Shown here piece by piece: positions 62,354 to 64,000 of a stretch of DNA of 64,000 bases. Origin of the DNA: Isoptericola halotolerans (GTDB taxonomy: Bacteria; Actinomycetota; Actinomycetes; Actinomycetales; Cellulomonadaceae); assembly GCF_013149785.1 (NCBI RefSeq), contig NZ_JABEZU010000004.1, positions 1-64,000 of the forward strand, given 5' to 3'. A program made the position numbers and the translations under genes. The notes beneath the pieces are model-generated. The model made no database searches, was not told where the DNA came from, and saw only the letters and a program-made list of their open reading frames with translations. Each line of letters begins with the position of its first letter. Position 1 is the stretch's first letter.

Positions 62354-62797
62354 ATGCGCGCCCGCTCTGCCGCCGCTGCGGCCCTTCCCCTCGTCCTCCT
62401 GGTCACCGCCTGTGCCGACCCGAACTCCGTCGCAGTGACGGACGTCTCCGCCTCGCCGGCCGTCGAGACGCACACCCCGGCCGAGAGCGTGACGCCCCGC
62501 GCCACGTGCAACGGCTACTACGTCGGCCGCAGCCACTCCCTGGACCGGAAGATCCGGAAGTGGACCACTGCCGTCGGGGAGCCCGCCACCCCCGAGGCGA
62601 CGGCCGAGATCAGCATCATCCGGGACCGGCTCGCGGCGCAGATCCACGACGCCGAGGTCGGCCCGGCGGCGATCCTGCGCGGCGTCCACGAGCCCTTCGC
62701 CGCGTGGCTCGACGGCGGCACCGCCGACCCCGCGGAGATCGTCGAGGCCGCCGACGCGGTCCGCCGGATGTGCGACGAGATGGGCGTCGACTTCTGA
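62354..62797 (+). CDS. Hypothetical lipoprotein (paralog 2)
   Basis: Lipobox VTAC; CxGYY, HSxD, IxRDRLxAQI, GPAA, VEAxDAV..MC shared with paralog 1. Confidence 0.8.
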   Translation: MRARSAAAAALPLVLLVTACADPNSVAVTDVSASPAVETHTPAESVTPRATCNGYYVGRSHSLDRKIRKWTTAVGEPATPEATAEISIIRDRLAAQIHDAEVGPAAILRGVHEPFAAWLDGGTADPAEIVEAADAVRRMCDEMGVDF

Positions 62798-62808
62798 CCC
62801 ACGGTCCG

Positions 62809-64000
62809 TCAGCGCCGCTCGAGGAACCTCTGCATCAACGGGCCCGCCGTCGTCGACCCACGGTCCCCGTCCTCGACGAACACCGCCACGGCGAGGTCGT
62901 CCGCGATCGCCAGCATCCACACGTGCTGCTGCGACCCGTCGCCGTACTGCGCCGTTCCGGTCTTGGCGCCGACGACGTCGGAGACGTCACCCAGCGACGA
63001 CGCGCTGCCGTCGCTCACGACGCCGCCCATCAGGGCCAGCAGGTCCGCCGCCTCGTCCTGGGTGAGCCCGTCGCCCGCCGGGCCGTCGGCGTCGGCCTCG
63101 GCGTCGGCGTCGGCCTCGGCGGTGTCCTCTTCCCCGGTCACGTCCTGCTCACCCTCGGCGTCCTCACCCTCGGCATCCTCGGGCTCGACGGCGGCGTCGG
63201 CGTTCCGGACCAGCCGAGGCTCCACGCGCTCCCCGGCCGCGACGCTCGCGGCGACCGTCGCCATGCCCAGCGGGGAGGCGAGCACCTCTCCCTGACCGAT
63301 GACCGACTCCGCGTGGCCCGTCTGCGAGGCCTCCTGCGGCACGGAACCGGAGTACCCGGCCGGCGTGGACGGACCGAGTCCCAGGTCCGCGGCGGCCTCG
63401 GCGAGCTCCGCCTGGTCGACCTGCCCGGCCGTGCCGATGAACGCGGTGTTGCACGAGTGCGCGAACGCCGTCGAGAACGACACCTCCCCGGTGGCCGAGG
63501 CGGGGTAGCCCGGCACGTTGGAGTAGGTCCGGCCGTCCACGGTGATCGACTCCGGGCACTCGACGTCGTCCTCGGGGAAGACGCCGGACCGCAGCAGCGC
63601 CAGCGCCGTCGCCACCTTGAACGTGGATCCCGGCGCGTACTGGCCGAGCGTCGCCGTCGACCAACCCTCGCTGCCGGGGCCGCTCGCCGCCGCGAGCACG
63701 TCCCCGGTGGAGGGCCGGATCGCGACGATCGCGCTCGCCGGCTCCACGCCGGACAGGACGCTCTCCGCGAGCACCTGCAGGTCGCGGTCGAGCGTCGTCT
63801 CGAGGTCGGCGCCGTCGGTGGCCTCGACCCGGAACAGCTCGCGGGGCTCCTCACCGTCCTCGGCGTCGGCCTCGGACGGGACGACCCGCACCAGGTACCC
63901 GTCGGTCCCGCGCAGCTGCGCGTCATGGGTGCGCTGCAGGCCGGACGTACCGACCACGTCCCCCGCGGCGATCGCGCCGTCGGACTCCTCGATGATCTCG
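62809..64000 (-). CDS. Penicillin-binding protein (class B transpeptidase), 5' end outside the window
   Basis: SxxK (STFK), SxN (SCN), KTG; frame is open to the window edge. Confidence 0.9.
   Translation of the reverse strand, partial: EIIEESDGAIAAGDVVGTSGLQRTHDAQLRGTDGYLVRVVPSEADAEDGEEPRELFRVEATDGADLETTLDRDLQVLAESVLSGVEPASAIVAIRPSTGDVLAAASGPGSEGWSTATLGQYAPGSTFKVATALALLRSGVFPEDDVECPESITVDGRTYSNVPGYPASATGEVSFSTAFAHSCNTAFIGTAGQVDQAELAEAAADLGLGPSTPAGYSGSVPQEASQTGHAESVIGQGEVLASPLGMATVAASVAAGERVEPRLVRNADAAVEPEDAEGEDAEGEQDVTGEEDTAEADADAEADADGPAGDGLTQDEAADLLALMGGVVSDGSASSLGDVSDVVGAKTGTAQYGDGSQQHVWMLAIADDLAVAVFVEDGDRGSTTAGPLMQRFLERR

Overview
High-GC actinobacterial chromosome segment (Micrococcales-like, plausibly Cellulomonadaceae/Promicromonosporaceae). 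No CRISPR, integrase or transposase was seen. From left to right it holds: the leader and tandem promoters of an rRNA operon that runs off the left edge; putP; tRNA-Arg(ACG), tRNA-Ser(GCT) and tRNA-Ser(TGA); a complete four-gene conservon (cvnABCD-like); a quinone oxidoreductase, EamA and DUF805 genes; a sugar ABC transporter; map, a HAD hydrolase and serS; a lipid kinase, a 1507-aa internally duplicated membrane protein and a GT2; a probably frameshifted CoA-transferase; ppx; a heme cluster (hemA, E, Y, C, D, B, L) interrupted by a two-repeat secreted protein where hemQ/hemH often lie; a TetR-ABC exporter pair; two HU genes; csoR-copZ-copA; an ABC-2/wHTH/CPBP module; a peptide ABC transporter; a kinase-like/flippase-like fusion; copC, nadE and an amidohydrolase; two paralogous lipoproteins with a conserved three-block promoter, separated by a perfect 68-bp palindrome; and a partial PBP. 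The best candidates for uncharacterised biology are the duplicated membrane enzyme locus (17.9-24.5 kb) and the twin-lipoprotein locus (61.6-62.8 kb). All family calls are by motif recognition; no searches were run.
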